Source: Narcine bancroftii (Eukaryota). From it: 64,000 bases of DNA. Under the pieces are notes generated by a model, which saw only the letters and a program-made list of their open reading frames with translations, did no database searches and had not been told where the DNA came from. Shown here piece after piece: positions 63,022 to 64,000 of the stretch (its first letter is position 1; every line of letters starts with the position of its first letter). The stretch lies in the NCBI RefSeq assembly GCF_036971445.1, contig NC_091471.1:277946001-278010000 (forward strand). Reading direction: 5' to 3'. The translations under genes and the position numbers were made by a program.

Positions 63022-63445
63022 AAGAGAACATAGAACATTTTTTATTATATCCTATGCCTATCTAAGTCTTTTCATTGTCCCCATTATACCAGCCTTCACC
63101 ACCACCCCTGTCGATGCATTCCAGGCACCTACCACTTCCTAAGTTAAAAAAACTTGCATCTCCCCTAAACTTTTCTCCACTTACCTTAAACAGTATCCTC
63201 TGGTATTTGCTATTATTGCACCAGGAAAAAGGTGCTGCTGTCCACCTGATCTAAGCCCCTCATAATCGTATATACCTCTAATAAGTCACCCTTTGTGGAT
63301 CCAAAAAGAAAAGCCCCAGCTATGTCAACCTTTCATTCTCCAATGCAGACAACATCCTGGTAAATCTCCTCTGCACCCTCTCTAAAGCATTTAGATCCTC
63401 CCTGTAATGAGACGACCAGAACTGAATGCAGTATTCCCAAGTGCG
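63022..63445 (-). mobile_element. CR1 3' fragment
   Basis: The reverse complement gives HLGILHSVLV / ALERVQRRFTRML, with tail gaacatagaaca. Confidence 0.8.
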
Positions 63446-63779
63446 AAGAAAATAAATCTACTGAAGAGATTTATAAGCGAGTAGAATTCAAATTGAAAAG
63501 CAGAGCATTCAAGTAATAATCTCACTTGTGAAAATTATTTTAGGGTGAATAAGATTAGAAAAATAAATGGATGGCTCAAAGATTGGGACAGGAGAAATGA
63601 GTTGGAATCCATTGGGCTGGCACCGTAATTGGCGGAAGGTGGAGTTGACTTTAATTGAAAAGGGCTGGGAGCAGTGTCCTAATAAATCAAACATTTCACT
63701 AAAGAGTTTGAGGGAGGTGTGCGGAGATGGGAAAATCTAAATGCTAAAGGGTAAGGGAATGGCGATGGTACTGGTAGTG

Positions 63780-63960
63780 AAATAAAATCAGCAAACACGA
63801 GAAATGTTCAGCTGGTCTGCCAACATATGTGGAAAGACGGACAGAATTAATATTTCTGGTTTTGGAGCCCTCGTCAGACCTGAGAGAGAAAACATTAGTT
63901 TAAAGATGTAGAGAGGATGGGTGCAGCAGGGGGCAGAGTTGGATAGGACTAATTTAATAT
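63780..63960 (-). mobile_element. Penelope-like terminal fragment with hammerhead-like core
   Basis: Minus strand reads ggtCTGACGAgggctccaaaaccaGAAAtattaattctgt...gcagaccagctgaacatttc. Confidence 0.55.
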
Positions 63961-64000
63961 ATCTACATCTTATAATATCCTAATGAGGGGAGAATTGATG

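Overview
Eukaryotic, repeat-dense vertebrate DNA, most likely from a cartilaginous fish (shark or ray). That assignment is inferred from HE1/V-SINE-type elements together with abundant CR1, Rex1/Babar and Penelope remnants. The only host gene I can support is the 5' part of an MPRIP-family gene on the minus strand: a CpG island (~59.3-60.3 kb), coding exon 1 (59607-59729), exon 2 (30151-30228) and exon 3 (20197-20262). All three have canonical GT/AG sites and phase-0 junctions. I did not find exon 4, so intron 3 probably runs past the window start. The introns hold many, often nested, transposable elements: a near full-length L1 in a CR1, a full-length RTE with a 13-bp TSD plus an inverted truncated sister copy, two Gypsy LTR elements (one lacking RT/RNase H), two inverted solo-LTR-like repeats, hAT, Harbinger-like and Tc1/mariner-like non-autonomous DNA elements, and many decayed LINE fragments. 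A near-perfect 93-bp tandem repeat lies just upstream of the CpG island. Almost all other ORFs in the track are TE fragments or chance. I found no firmly supported novel biological system; the findings are testable hypotheses. Boundaries of decayed repeats were read by eye and are approximate.
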